Under the pieces are notes generated by a model that ran no database searches, was not told the origin of the DNA, and worked only from the letters and a program-made list of their open reading frames with translations. Both the position numbers and the translations under genes were made by a program. Positions 47,501 through 57,090 of a DNA stretch of 64,000 nucleotides are shown here, in pieces. The stretch is from positions 40,455 through 104,454 of the forward strand of contig CAYWWW010000009.1 in the NCBI GenBank assembly GCA_964462205.1, read 5' to 3'. This DNA comes from an uncultured Cardiobacteriales bacterium (lineage in GTDB: Bacteria > Pseudomonadota > Gammaproteobacteria > CAYWWW01). The number at the start of each line of letters is the position of its first letter. Position 1 is the first letter of the stretch.

Positions 47501-48992
47501 TTTGATCATTTTGGCCGTCGCCATTCCAGTCATCAATCACATTGGCATCACTACAACTAGGGTCAGGGCGTGCCTCCCGCCGCATCCGCAGTCGTACACC
47601 ATCGGCATAATTGTATTTTTCATACCGATTGGTAAAGGCGTCAGGATCGTAGATTTTTTCCCAGGTTTTACAACTGTTGTAATTGATCTCGGTTTTTGTC
47701 TGTACACAGACGGTTTGAAACGATTCGCCAACAAGCTGCTCCTCATACTTCACACAAGTCGTTTTGGTGTTGTACACCAAGCACTGACCATTTCTCTCAT
47801 AATCACCTTCATCCAGTTGATAAATATCAAAAAAGATATCGCCAGCACGGACGTTATTAAAATTGCGAATAGTACGCCATTTGACATTCGTATCGGTAGA
47901 TTCATTATTGCGCTGGTTTTGCGTATTGTAGAGGTTATTAGTGTTTCCATTGTTGGCTTTAGTGTTTCCATTGTTGGCTCTAGTGTAGCGAGTACGATAT
48001 TGAATGCGATCAGTGGTATCGGCATCATTGCTATCTGGCCAACGCGCCTCTACATACAGCCGACAGGTATCTTTATTCTGATCGACACAATCTTCTGCTA
48101 AATTAAAAGTCCAGCGCAGACGGAAAGGATCAATATTGCCTTGATTATCCACCGTGTTTTGCGTGCGCAGATAGTCATTATTTTTATCACCATTCAAATT
48201 ATTGGGCATTTGCCAATTTCCACTAATGATTTGCGCCTCGTCTTCATCGAACTCCGCCAAGGTTGTCCAAGTAGTCTGCACCTCACCACTAAGGCTGCGA
48301 ATATCACAATCGACACCTTTTAAGCTGCTGTCAGCATAAGACTTTCCAGGTTTCTTCAGCGGATAGAAATAATGCTGCTCCAATAAACCTTCATTGTTGT
48401 TGCCGTGACGGGTGTTGTTGATTGGGCGGTAACGCGGCGTGCCATTATCATTGGCCGGGTTTTCTGACCTTAAAACATCAAGGTCTTCGTCATTATCCAG
48501 GTAAGGGTTGTAGCGCACTTTGCGATTGGCGTTGCCATTGCTGCCATCGTTAAGATCAACATTCTCGTAATCCGGGAAAGGCTGGCCATTTTCATCCACA
48601 CCGGCCCAGATGCCATACTTGGCTTCGGGGTTATAGGCCAGGCGGTTATAGGCATAACACAACCATTTTTGTTTATCGGTTTGGTTGCCTTCACGATTGC
48701 CATCGTTAATGACATCCACTCGCCAGTCAAAGACTTGCTCATAGTCGCCGGCTAAGTTGCCTGAGGTGCCATTGTCATTGTCAAAGCGAAACTTGGCTTC
48801 ATTGGCCACTTCTTCCGGCACCAACGAATCCCAGGTCATACTTTGGGAATTATCCAACATAAAAAAGATATTGGGCTGCGTACTCGAACCCAAAAACAAC
48901 GGCTTTTGCGAAAACTCCACCGCCTGCACCGTCCATGACCACAGGCTGGCAAGCACCAGCAGCAGCCAGAGCCGTTTTTGCATATTTAACAT
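44517..48992 (-). CDS. pilY1: PilY1-like type IV pilus tip adhesin / biogenesis protein (large, with VWA-like N-domain)
   Basis: 1491 aa with a signal peptide, a VWA-like NIFFMLDNSQSM motif and a C-terminal PilC/PilY1 beta-propeller-like region. It follows pilX. Confidence 0.75.
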   Translation of the reverse strand: MLNMQKRLWLLLVLASLWSWTVQAVEFSQKPLFLGSSTQPNIFFMLDNSQSMTWDSLVPEEVANEAKFRFDNDNGTSGNLAGDYEQVFDWRVDVINDGNREGNQTDKQKWLCYAYNRLAYNPEAKYGIWAGVDENGQPFPDYENVDLNDGSNGNANRKVRYNPYLDNDEDLDVLRSENPANDNGTPRYRPINNTRHGNNNEGLLEQHYFYPLKKPGKSYADSSLKGVDCDIRSLSGEVQTTWTTLAEFDEDEAQIISGNWQMPNNLNGDKNNDYLRTQNTVDNQGNIDPFRLRWTFNLAEDCVDQNKDTCRLYVEARWPDSNDADTTDRIQYRTRYTRANNGNTKANNGNTNNLYNTQNQRNNESTDTNVKWRTIRNFNNVRAGDIFFDIYQLDEGDYERNGQCLVYNTKTTCVKYEEQLVGESFQTVCVQTKTEINYNSCKTWEKIYDPDAFTNRYEKYNYADGVRLRMRREARPDPSCSDANVIDDWNGDGQNDQTIDGRVCMRYLPLAQQRNYARWYSYNRKREYVMKLAVSQLIENSTERMGMGVLTRYELNYNAGSGEFEALTNKPAILLGKQTGGYRKNQFDNQETVGRPLADMNKATAKATLLDDLLRLSATGFTPLRSRMLAVGEYFDLNSSSSGKTFANTAMDYRGDPIVKSVLGFDEPTNPADVYLANGGNCQQNFAILLTDGYVNENQYKNIASVVANNDCDSDTAFDYSSQNDANCSQSALDTLGDIAQFYYERDLAPGIANDIRVAGDDENPAQHLLTYTVAFGVDGTIKGMPANRKTSLASWPQPADKTQTSVDDVRHAAWNGRGQFLNAQDPQSLIQALQDVVTLIKQRNTVGSLSAASSTAGQKIENTVAFVQEFKTSDWSGNLLAYSLDTTANLDTLQWDAATKLQDQVTASGFVSRFIATYNGNSVLANWANLTTAMQADLNTAPNGIADGNGEKRLAYLKGDQSNELGSGLSLFRQRGSLIGTLINSGSIYVQKPSSNWPTTFGGYETFVNTYKNRDGIVYFGGNDGLLHAAKADTGEEVFAYMPSLVAANGIRTGLHYLTDPAFNHHYYVDGPLSVQDVKTKSRASGSESWRTLVTAGLGAGARGLFALDVTDPTQFTTANVGQLVMWEFGANDSADIGHITGQPVIAPMQNGKWAVIIGNGYESSSGIAKLMIIYVDGGIDGSWTVTSDYIALSTATGSTGDKNGLSAPAVLDITGPSGLPDGKVDLIYAGDIYGNMWKFDVSNASDASWTVSKLFAGDKKQPITAAPAAGIHPYYKKDKPTMADPNMMVVFGTGQYLGTNDVGNTDQQYLFGVFDNGLNTGVTTGDLVTQTITNETIVDGGTYRLASKNPIDFTTEKGWKLDLPAAGERVIYAPQIRGDLAYFETIIPSGDGCEVQAGSGFLMAVGLAEGGAPEFSTFDRTGDGLIDDNDKIAGEAPVGFMVSGIPGASVFIGDYRITGTSEALPASTPVVSPGADSPGRLSWQELTNF

Positions 48993-49028
48993 AACGATCT
49001 CCTAGAAAAATAAAATAAAAAAATTGCT

Positions 49029-49769
49029 TTAGGGAACAAGTAAACCAGGCAAAGCCTGCGCGTAATACGACTGAAGATAAACAAAACTATTCGGCGTTAA
49101 GCCTTGCGCACGGGCGGTGATACGAAAGACAGCAAAGTTCACCGTGCTGGCTTGACCATAGTTGCCTTTGATTTGGTAACTACGAACCGCGCCATCCTGA
49201 CCCAAAATTGTTGTAAAAGCACCAACATAGGCAATCATAAAACGCGGCATCAGGGTGACACCGGCTTGGGTTAAAGCGTTGACCAAGCCAGCATCGGTCA
49301 CCGCCACCGAGTCGGTGTCATTCCAGTTGGTAGCAAAAAAATCCGGCTCTAAAGGTAGCGTCAAAGCGAGCGAGGGCACTACTGGTGTACCAGTTTGATC
49401 GGTTGGCATGGCGCGATAAGCAAAACCGCTATTGGCCGCGCCACCGCTAAAAGCCGCTGGTAGTAAATTCACGCCTCCGTCTACTGGTGCCACTAAATTC
49501 AAGTCAGCCGCCACGCGAATATTGTTTTCAATAAAAATCTCTCCGGCACGCAAGGCCGCTTCCGCTGCCTGAAAAGCCACGCTGCGATCCCGCACATTGG
49601 CCGATAGCCGTTCTTGCAAAATGGTACTTTGCAGCGAAGTCACGGCCAGCAAAGTTAAAATCGCCAAAAAAATCAAAATCGTCGCCAAAATCATCCCTTG
49701 GTTTTGACGTGGCAAGGATGCCAAACGCGCAGAGGGAAAAATTTGCTGAGGCAAGTTTTTATAAGACAT
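49029..49769 (-). CDS. pilX: type IV pilus minor pilin PilX-like
   Basis: 246 aa with an N-terminal hydrophobic helix, in operon position between pilW and pilY1. Confidence 0.65.
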   Translation of the reverse strand: MSYKNLPQQIFPSARLASLPRQNQGMILATILIFLAILTLLAVTSLQSTILQERLSANVRDRSVAFQAAEAALRAGEIFIENNIRVAADLNLVAPVDGGVNLLPAAFSGGAANSGFAYRAMPTDQTGTPVVPSLALTLPLEPDFFATNWNDTDSVAVTDAGLVNALTQAGVTLMPRFMIAYVGAFTTILGQDGAVRSYQIKGNYGQASTVNFAVFRITARAQGLTPNSFVYLQSYYAQALPGLLVP

Positions 49770-49790
49770 ATATCTTTCTCCAAAAAATAC

Positions 49791-51029
49791 TTAACGGTTC
49801 CGCACCGCAATGGTACGGATTAGAGTCTGACGCTGGCGCACCATCGTTTTATCATTGACGTTTGGGTCCTGGTCTTGGCTGAAAGTAATGACACGGCTGG
49901 CAGCGGCATTGGCGGCATTGGCCGGGTCTAAGTAACCGGGCAGCACTGCGTTGATAGTTTCGCCTAGCTCCTTGTTACGCTTCATAAATGCCTCGGTGTG
50001 GCCATTTAAAATCATCCGCACGCTGACAACATCGCGCCAACCGACTACCGGCGTGACTGTTGTATCCACCACCGCCGAAGCCGGAACAAAATAATCGGCC
50101 ACGCCATCGCCACCACCAACATCTATGCCATACATAAATTTCAAATTCTCAATGCCTTCGGTGATGGTTTGACGCGTACCACCAGCAGCCAGCCGTCGCT
50201 CGGCCATAGCCATTTGGTTGTTGCTATCGCGAAAAAGATCAATGGCCACAAAGTCCACCTCGTACAGCACTGAAGCAATGTCGTAGGCATTCGCCAGTTT
50301 ATCACCGGCAGTCACATTGATAACCTGTGTTGCCCGCTGCCCAACACCGCCCGGTAGCGTAACTGCGCCCAAGGTATTACGAATCTTAAATAAATCAGCA
50401 AAACCTCCAGCGTTACAAGAAATGACTAGGGCAAAACGTGTTGGGTTATCAATAAAAGGCGAAGGGAAAGTCGTGCTGACAGTCACCGCTGTAGCATCCA
50501 CAGCCGTAGCGGCGGCAACAAAATGCGGCCCACTTAACACCGTCATCAAATAAATGCGATCTGGCAGCGGTGCAGCGGGCGAGGCACCGGAGTAAAAAGT
50601 CGTTTTATAAGCAACGCTTGCTGAAACGGTATCGTTGATGGTTTTGCTTAAGCCATCGGCAGGATCAATATAGGTCAAGGTCGGTGTCGTGCCATCGAGC
50701 GCCTCTGCCCCCATAATCCCACCTTGCGCGGCTAAAATTGGGATGATGGGATTGGCCGTTGCTAAAGAGGGTTGAAGCGTTAATGTGTTTGGATTGAAAG
50801 CACAACCTTGCAAACCACTGCCACGCACCTGATTGGCCAGATAGTCACCGGCAAAACGCAAATTATCCTGCATTTCCGCCAAGCGATTTTGCTGGCTGTT
50901 GGTCTCACGACTGAAATCATAAAAACTTACTAAGGTCAGCAACATAAAAACGCCAATGGTTAAAGCCACCAAAAGCTCGACCAAATTAAAACCCGCTTGC
51001 TGACGAAGTAGAATGGGATTGCTACGCAT
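49791..51029 (-). CDS. pilW: type IV pilus minor pilin PilW-like
   Basis: Prepilin N-terminus GFNLVELLVALTIGVF; 412 aa. Confidence 0.7.
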   Translation of the reverse strand: MRSNPILLRQQAGFNLVELLVALTIGVFMLLTLVSFYDFSRETNSQQNRLAEMQDNLRFAGDYLANQVRGSGLQGCAFNPNTLTLQPSLATANPIIPILAAQGGIMGAEALDGTTPTLTYIDPADGLSKTINDTVSASVAYKTTFYSGASPAAPLPDRIYLMTVLSGPHFVAAATAVDATAVTVSTTFPSPFIDNPTRFALVISCNAGGFADLFKIRNTLGAVTLPGGVGQRATQVINVTAGDKLANAYDIASVLYEVDFVAIDLFRDSNNQMAMAERRLAAGGTRQTITEGIENLKFMYGIDVGGGDGVADYFVPASAVVDTTVTPVVGWRDVVSVRMILNGHTEAFMKRNKELGETINAVLPGYLDPANAANAAASRVITFSQDQDPNVNDKTMVRQRQTLIRTIAVRNR

Positions 51030-51047
51030 AAACTATTCCTATAAAAA

Positions 51048-51617
51048 TCAAAGTGGCAAATTTAAGGAAAAGCGGTATTCATTGGCCTGCAAGTCGCTTT
51101 GACCGGTAGCAGTCTGTTCAGCCGCAGTTTTTTCCCGACCCTCCTGCCAAAAAATCTTAATGGTGTAGGTGGCTACGCGCTCGCCAGCCACAACCGCCGG
51201 CGCACCACTGCCATCGCAAGCAGGTGCGCTATTATTGCCATCCTGTGGACTGCTGCGATCAAAGCACACCACGCCAACACCATTGGGTAAAAGCGTTGCA
51301 ACCATTTGTTGCCATTCCCATAAATCCCGGCTGGCAGCCTCTGCACGAGTGCAAGTACTGCCTGCCAAACAAGCGGGGGTCTGGGTAGCCGTAACGGTGG
51401 TGTAATTACCGCCAAAAGCACCCAAGGCAAAATCCTGATTGGCACGCAAACGATCCGCCATATCCTCGGCTAAAACCGTCGCTTGCATCCCAAAAAATGC
51501 GCCACGCACATCACGCAAAGCCGAGACTTGCAAACCGGCAAGGCCGACAAAACCAATGGCAAAAATCACCACTGCCACCAGCACCTCAATTAAAGTAAAA
51601 CCTTTGCTATGATTCAT
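51048..51617 (-). CDS. pilV: type IV pilus minor pilin PilV-like
   Basis: Prepilin N-terminus KGFTLIEVLVAVVIF; 189 aa. Confidence 0.75.
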   Translation of the reverse strand: MNHSKGFTLIEVLVAVVIFAIGFVGLAGLQVSALRDVRGAFFGMQATVLAEDMADRLRANQDFALGAFGGNYTTVTATQTPACLAGSTCTRAEAASRDLWEWQQMVATLLPNGVGVVCFDRSSPQDGNNSAPACDGSGAPAVVAGERVATYTIKIFWQEGREKTAAEQTATGQSDLQANEYRFSLNLPL

Positions 51618-51629
51618 ATTTTTCCTTTT

Positions 51630-52271
51630 TTAGATTTTACAATTGTTGCCATCAACAATGGCTTGTGCGGCTGGTGCCATATCAGCATGGCGAATGATTT
51701 TAGGCCGACCCGCATTATTCAAAACCACGGCACGCGCGCGGCGCTGCACATCACTGCTGCGATACTCCTTTTTACAAAAAACAAAAGACGCGCCGGTCGT
51801 GCTACTCGCTTGATCGCGATAGCGGCCATTGGGGAGATACTGAATAAAATTACCGACATTGGTCGCTGACGATAAAAAAACATAACTATCACCAGCGCCT
51901 TTGATAGCTTCCGCTACCAGCAGCAATTCCTCGCCGGTATCCAGTTGTCCATTACGGCTATTATCCACAAAGACCAGCCAACCGGTTGCCCAATCGCCGG
52001 AAGTGCCGCCCGCACAGGTTAGACTATCGGGGTTGGCACTGCGGCAAATCACCACCCGCTGATTGCGCCGCAGCGCTTCGGTACGCGCTAAAAATATGCT
52101 ACTTATCAGCCGCTGCGTTTCAGCAGTAGCATGATTTTGCGCGGTAATTTCCTGAAAAGACGCCATAGCCATGGTTGTTAAAACCGCCGCCAAAGCCAGC
52201 GTTATCATAAGCTCAATCAGTGTTAAACCGCGTAAGTCGCGCGCTTGCGCTGTGGTAAACAGATGTTGCAT
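51630..52271 (-). CDS. fimT: type IV minor pilin FimT/FimU (GspH-like)
   Basis: Prepilin N-terminus RGLTLIELMITLALAAV; 213 aa; first gene of the minor-pilin operon. Confidence 0.7.
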   Translation of the reverse strand: MQHLFTTAQARDLRGLTLIELMITLALAAVLTTMAMASFQEITAQNHATAETQRLISSIFLARTEALRRNQRVVICRSANPDSLTCAGGTSGDWATGWLVFVDNSRNGQLDTGEELLLVAEAIKGAGDSYVFLSSATNVGNFIQYLPNGRYRDQASSTTGASFVFCKKEYRSSDVQRRARAVVLNNAGRPKIIRHADMAPAAQAIVDGNNCKI

Positions 52272-52501
52272 AGCATTCTCCTAATGACTTTTTCTAAGAT
52301 TAACTAAAAATGAACAAATGCAAATAACCATTTATCGGCAGGTTAGCACCGTTTGTCCCAGGCAGTACCAAAAACATAAAGGCAGTTTGGACGGCCAGTC
52401 TAACAGCAGCCGGTACGTACATCAGAAGACTTCAGGGTGAAAAATCGCAGATTCATCCCTATCATAAAGCCATCCTTAACTTTCGACTTTCAAAAAAAAC
52501 T

Positions 52502-53362
52502 ATGGAATACAAAGACTATTACCAAATACTCGGCGTAGATCGCCAAGCGAGTCAAGAAGAGATCAAAACCGTCTATCGCAAACTGACGCGGAAATATCAT
52601 CCCGACATCAGCAAGGAACCAGATGCCGAAGCCAAGGCGAAAGCCATCAACGAAGCCTACGACGTGATAGGCGACCCGGAAAAACGCCGCGCCTACGATG
52701 AAATGGGACAAAATTGGCAAAATACCGGTTTTCAAGGTGCCAGCGGCATGGATTTTCGCGATTTATTTGAACAAATATTTCGCCAACGGCAAAGCGGCGG
52801 CTTTCGTGGCCATGGCAATTTTGGCGACTTTGCTGACTTTAGCGCACAAAAAACCAGGGAAGAAGCCAGCTTTAGCTTAGAAATTGATTTAGAAGACAGC
52901 TACTTCGGACGCAACAAAAGCATTGCTTTTATGGAAGGCAACAAAAGACGCGAACTGAACGTCAACATTCCCAAAGGCATTCAGGAAGGACAAAAATTGC
53001 GCGTAAAAACCGACAGCGGCATCCCAATCCTCTTGGAAATCCACTTCCGGCCACATCCGCGTTTTCGTTTAGAAGGCAAAGATTTACATCTCAATTTAGC
53101 CATAACGCCTTGGGAAGCCACACTCGGCAGCAAAATCCCGCTGCATACCCTGGGCGACAGCGTGGAAGTCAAAATTCCCAAAGATAGCCAAAGCGGAAAA
53201 AAGATGCGTCTCAAAGGCTTAGGTTTACCCGAAAGCCGCAAAAGCGAAGCCGGCGATTTATATCTGCATCTTCACATCGTCACTCCCCCTGCCGACACAC
53301 CCAAGGCAGAGGCATACTATCAAGAAATGGCTGAATTTTTTGCCAATTTCTCGCCGCGTTGA
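52502..53362 (+). CDS. cbpA: curved-DNA-binding DnaJ homologue CbpA-like (J domain, no zinc finger)
   Basis: J domain with HPD (YYQILGV...KYHPDIS) and C-terminal DnaJ substrate-binding domains; 286 aa. Confidence 0.8.
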   Translation: MEYKDYYQILGVDRQASQEEIKTVYRKLTRKYHPDISKEPDAEAKAKAINEAYDVIGDPEKRRAYDEMGQNWQNTGFQGASGMDFRDLFEQIFRQRQSGGFRGHGNFGDFADFSAQKTREEASFSLEIDLEDSYFGRNKSIAFMEGNKRRELNVNIPKGIQEGQKLRVKTDSGIPILLEIHFRPHPRFRLEGKDLHLNLAITPWEATLGSKIPLHTLGDSVEVKIPKDSQSGKKMRLKGLGLPESRKSEAGDLYLHLHIVTPPADTPKAEAYYQEMAEFFANFSPR

Positions 53363-53651
53363 TGACAGCACGTCTAGCGCTTGGTCAATAAGCAGGCTTT
53401 TAGTTATTTTTCAGCATGTTGACAACAGCAAGCACTGGCAAGGCAAAAGGGAAGACCGGCCAGTTTTCACCAAGGCATCCTAAAGCTTTGCCAAAAAACG
53501 CTAAAAAACCATAGCCCGTCTTTAGCAAACACTACAAGGCAGAGGCATAATAATCATCCGCTTACCCAACCCCTTGCGGCAGGGTAAGCCGCACTTCCAC
53601 AAACCATGCCTGAAAACACCAAGGCTTGTTCTTTATTTTGATTTTTTAACT

Positions 53652-53924
53652 ATGAATGCTAAAACTTGTATCCGCATTGACGGCTGTCGCTGCAAAAAGT
53701 TGTCCTTTCAGGAAATTTTAAGTCTCGCTGCTGATTTTAATTATGACCTTGAGCTAACTATCCTTGCCACCGGTGCCGGTACGGATTGCGGGACTTGTTA
53801 TCCTTGGTTAAAACAAGCCTTAGCACAACAAAAAGACGTTTTTCTCTTAACTTTAAGCGATGAAAACCAAAAACTTGCACAACATTTTGGTACAGTGCTT
53901 TGTCCAAAAGACGATGACAAATAA
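53652..53924 (+). CDS. BFD-like [2Fe-2S]-binding domain protein
   Basis: Cys pattern C-x-C ... C-G-T-C (CIRIDGCRC ... GTDCGTCY). Start chosen at the internal Met. Confidence 0.4.
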   Translation: MNAKTCIRIDGCRCKKLSFQEILSLAADFNYDLELTILATGAGTDCGTCYPWLKQALAQQKDVFLLTLSDENQKLAQHFGTVLCPKDDDK

Positions 53925-53964
53925 ACATAAAACCAAGCATTTTTAAGCCAACTTTAGCAACTTC

Positions 53965-54972
53965 ATGAACCACTCCTGGCACGCCTTCATTGACAAGAAA
54001 AAACCAATTTTTCCGCTTTTTGCCAATGCCTTAGCGCAGCAGGAAGCACTATTGCAAGACCTCAATTTTCCTTTAGAACACTTAGCGGCGGCATTGGGAT
54101 GCCTCAAACACGGCTTACAGCCCGCTTGGGAAAAAACACTGACAGCATTGCTTGAACTTATTGAAAATAAAAAAACCAAAAGAAGCATAGACCACAGCAT
54201 CAATCTATTACCAAGACTTAGCGAGTCGGAACAAGAAACCATGTTAGCACTTTTGCAAACCTTGAAACCGTGGCGCAAAGGACCTTTTGATTTTTTTGGT
54301 ATTTTCATAGATAGCGAATGGCGCTCGGACTATAAATGGCAACGTCTGGCTAAAAATTTTTCTTTTGAAAAGAAGAAGGTTTTAGATGTTGGCTGTGGCA
54401 ATGGTTATTTTTTATGGCAACTCGCGGCAGCAGGTGCGGAAAAAGTTTTGGGCATTGATCCAAGCCTGCACTATTTTTATCAATTTCTCGCCTGTCAACT
54501 GCCACATCCCAATGAAAAAATTGCTTTTTTACCACTGGCTTTAGAAGCATTACCCGCCAAAGCAACCTTTGACACCGTGTTATCTATGGGCGTGTTATAC
54601 CATCGCCGTGCGCCGCTGGAGCACTTGGCGTCATTAGGGCAGTTTTTATCGGCAGATGGTCGCTTAATCATTGAAACTTTGATTGTTGAAGGAAGCCTGG
54701 CCTTATTTCCCGCTGATACTTACGCCGGAATGCCCAATGTCTGGTGCATTCCGTCTTTGGAAACGCTTAGCATCTGGATGAAGCGCTTAGGTTTTTTGGA
54801 TTTTAGCGTTCACGATGTCAGCAAAACCACGACTGACGAACAACGGCAAACCGCTTGGCTGGATTCTTTTTCGCTTGCAGATTTTTTGCATCCCGATGAC
54901 CCGAAAAAAACCATTGAAGGACATCCGGCACCGCTGCGGGCATTGGTCAGCGTCCGACGGAAAAAGTCATAA
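53965..54972 (+). CDS. cmoB: tRNA U34 carboxymethyltransferase CmoB
   Basis: 335 aa; the WRKGPF region and class I MTase motif VLDVGCGNGY fit CmoB. Confidence 0.85.
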   Translation: MNHSWHAFIDKKKPIFPLFANALAQQEALLQDLNFPLEHLAAALGCLKHGLQPAWEKTLTALLELIENKKTKRSIDHSINLLPRLSESEQETMLALLQTLKPWRKGPFDFFGIFIDSEWRSDYKWQRLAKNFSFEKKKVLDVGCGNGYFLWQLAAAGAEKVLGIDPSLHYFYQFLACQLPHPNEKIAFLPLALEALPAKATFDTVLSMGVLYHRRAPLEHLASLGQFLSADGRLIIETLIVEGSLALFPADTYAGMPNVWCIPSLETLSIWMKRLGFLDFSVHDVSKTTTDEQRQTAWLDSFSLADFLHPDDPKKTIEGHPAPLRALVSVRRKKS

Positions 54973-55068
54973 TTTTTGCCAATTCTTCAGGCAATCATTA
55001 AGCCATAACCCTTAACTAGAAAATTGTGCAATCAAGGCATTAGCAAAGAATCAAGGCAGAGGTATAGA

Positions 55069-55791
55069 CTATTTGAAAGCGGCAAAAGAAACAAAATTAA
55101 AACGCTGCAACCACACCACCACCGTTTGAAAACCCACGGCAGTTAAGCGCTGATAGTGTTTTTCTAAGGTATCGGTGCGTAAAACATTTTCTAAAGCGGT
55201 GCGTTTTTGGTGAATTTCTAAAGCACTATAACCTTGTTGCTGCTTAAATTGTTGATGTAAATCTTGCCATAATGCTTCTGCCTTAGGATCAAGATGATGA
55301 ATTTTTTCGGAAAGAATTAAGACACCTTGCGGCGTTAAAGCGTGATAAATTTTTTCAAGCAACGGTTGCCGCTCCTCGAAGTTCAGAAATTGCAAAGTGT
55401 ATTGCAAAATCATCACTGAACTCTTTGAAAAGGCAATAGTGTTAATATCCGCACAGATAAGATCAATGTGGCCATAATGATGGTAATGGCTTAAAAAATC
55501 CTGGGCGCGTTTTAACATTGGCAGAGAATTATCAACCGCCATGATCTGCACGCTGTGATTTTGGAGTTGCTGGTCAATAGCCAAACTTGCAGTCGCCCAA
55601 GAACAACCCAAATCATAGATATAAGTATCGGCTTGCCAATATTTTTTGCTAATCTCAGCGATGCCTTGCAAGGCTTCAGCGTAACCTGGCACCGAACGGC
55701 GAATCATATCGGGAAAAACGCTAGCGACTTTTTCATCAAAAGCAAAAGGCAACAGCGGCTTTTGTTCGCTACGGTATAAATCGTCTTTCAT
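55069..55791 (-). CDS. cmoA: carboxy-S-adenosyl-L-methionine synthase CmoA
   Basis: 240 aa; SAM-MTase fold with CmoA-like N-terminus (FDEKVASVFPDMIRRSVPGY). Confidence 0.85.
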   Translation of the reverse strand: MKDDLYRSEQKPLLPFAFDEKVASVFPDMIRRSVPGYAEALQGIAEISKKYWQADTYIYDLGCSWATASLAIDQQLQNHSVQIMAVDNSLPMLKRAQDFLSHYHHYGHIDLICADINTIAFSKSSVMILQYTLQFLNFEERQPLLEKIYHALTPQGVLILSEKIHHLDPKAEALWQDLHQQFKQQQGYSALEIHQKRTALENVLRTDTLEKHYQRLTAVGFQTVVVWLQRFNFVSFAAFK

Positions 55792-55824
55792 GGTTAAGTT
55801 TTCTTAGAACCTATTGAAAAATTT

Positions 55825-57090
55825 ATGAAAAAAGAAGCAATCAACAACGAAGTCGTCGTCCCGACTTTTACACAAGCACAGGCGTATTGGTGGCGTTTGG
55901 GTTGGCTGAGTTTTGGCGGCCCCGCCGGACAAATTGCCATGATGCAACATGATTTAGTCAATGAAAAACATTGGCTTGACGAAAAAAGTTTTCTCCACGC
56001 CTTGCAGTATTGCTTGCTCTTGCCAGGACCGGAGGCGCAACAATTGGCAACCTATTTGGGTTGGCGTTTGCATGGCACAGTTGGTGGTTTAGCGGCTGGT
56101 AGCTTATTTATTTTACCAGCTTTTTTCTTGCTCACGCTTTTGGCTTGGTTGTATTTAACCTTTGCCGATCTATCGGCGATGCAAGGTATTTTATACGGCA
56201 TTCAACCCGTGGTTATTGCCTTAATTTTTCTCGCGGTCTGGCGCTTGGGCAGGAAAATTTTAAGCGAAAGCTGGTTATGGTTGATCGCACTGGCCACCTT
56301 TCTGGGCATTTTTCTTCTTCCGTTTCCGCTACTTTTAATCAGCGCCGCGGGCATTGGGATGCTTAAACATTGGCAAAATAACAAGCATTCCAATGCCTTG
56401 GCTGGTGAAAAAATGCAAGTTATCAAAGAAAAAATAACTACCTTTCCTTGGTTAAAAATTTTAAGTTGGAGCATTGGACTTTGGTTAGTATTTTTTACTA
56501 TCACTTGGTTTTTTGGCAGTTTTTTCATCACCATGGCTTGGTTTTTTACTACCGCAGCACTCTTCACCTTTGGCGGCGCTTATGCAGTATTGCCTTATGT
56601 TTTTCAAGCTGCGGTTTATCATTATCAATGGCTGTCCCCGGCACAGATGCTCGATGCCTTGGCTTTTGGCGAAAGCACCCCGGGACCTTTAATTATGGTC
56701 TTGACTTTTATTGCTTTTATCGGTGGTTGGAATACCAGTGATAGCCTTGGACTTGCCCCTTGGCAAGGCGGGGTTATTGCCGCGACAGTTGCTACCATCT
56801 TTACCTTTTTCCCGTCGTTTGTCTTTATCTTTTTTGGCGCACCGCTGATTGAAAAAAGCAAGGAAATAAAAATGTTGCAGCAGCCCATGACCGCAATCAG
56901 CGCTGCGGTCATTGGGATGATGGGCTATCTTGGTCTTTTTTTAGCCAAAACTGTTTTTTGGCAAACGACAATAGATTTACTAGCCATGCTTTTTTCTTTA
57001 CTAGCTTTTATTTTTTTAATCAAAAAAGTCAATATTTTATTGATTCTCTTGCTTTTTGCGAGTTGCGGGCTGATTGTTACCCTAAAATAA
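55825..57090 (+). CDS. chrA: chromate transporter ChrA (fused two-domain CHR family)
   Basis: 421 aa with the CHR signature LGWLSFGGPAGQIAMMQHDLV near the N-terminus and a duplicated domain. Confidence 0.8.
   Translation: MKKEAINNEVVVPTFTQAQAYWWRLGWLSFGGPAGQIAMMQHDLVNEKHWLDEKSFLHALQYCLLLPGPEAQQLATYLGWRLHGTVGGLAAGSLFILPAFFLLTLLAWLYLTFADLSAMQGILYGIQPVVIALIFLAVWRLGRKILSESWLWLIALATFLGIFLLPFPLLLISAAGIGMLKHWQNNKHSNALAGEKMQVIKEKITTFPWLKILSWSIGLWLVFFTITWFFGSFFITMAWFFTTAALFTFGGAYAVLPYVFQAAVYHYQWLSPAQMLDALAFGESTPGPLIMVLTFIAFIGGWNTSDSLGLAPWQGGVIAATVATIFTFFPSFVFIFFGAPLIEKSKEIKMLQQPMTAISAAVIGMMGYLGLFLAKTVFWQTTIDLLAMLFSLLAFIFLIKKVNILLILLLFASCGLIVTLK

Noticed and set aside
47502-48101. 199-aa plus-strand ORF and other ORFs inside pilY1
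   Set aside because: Antisense to pilY1 and Ile-rich, a typical AT-codon artefact.
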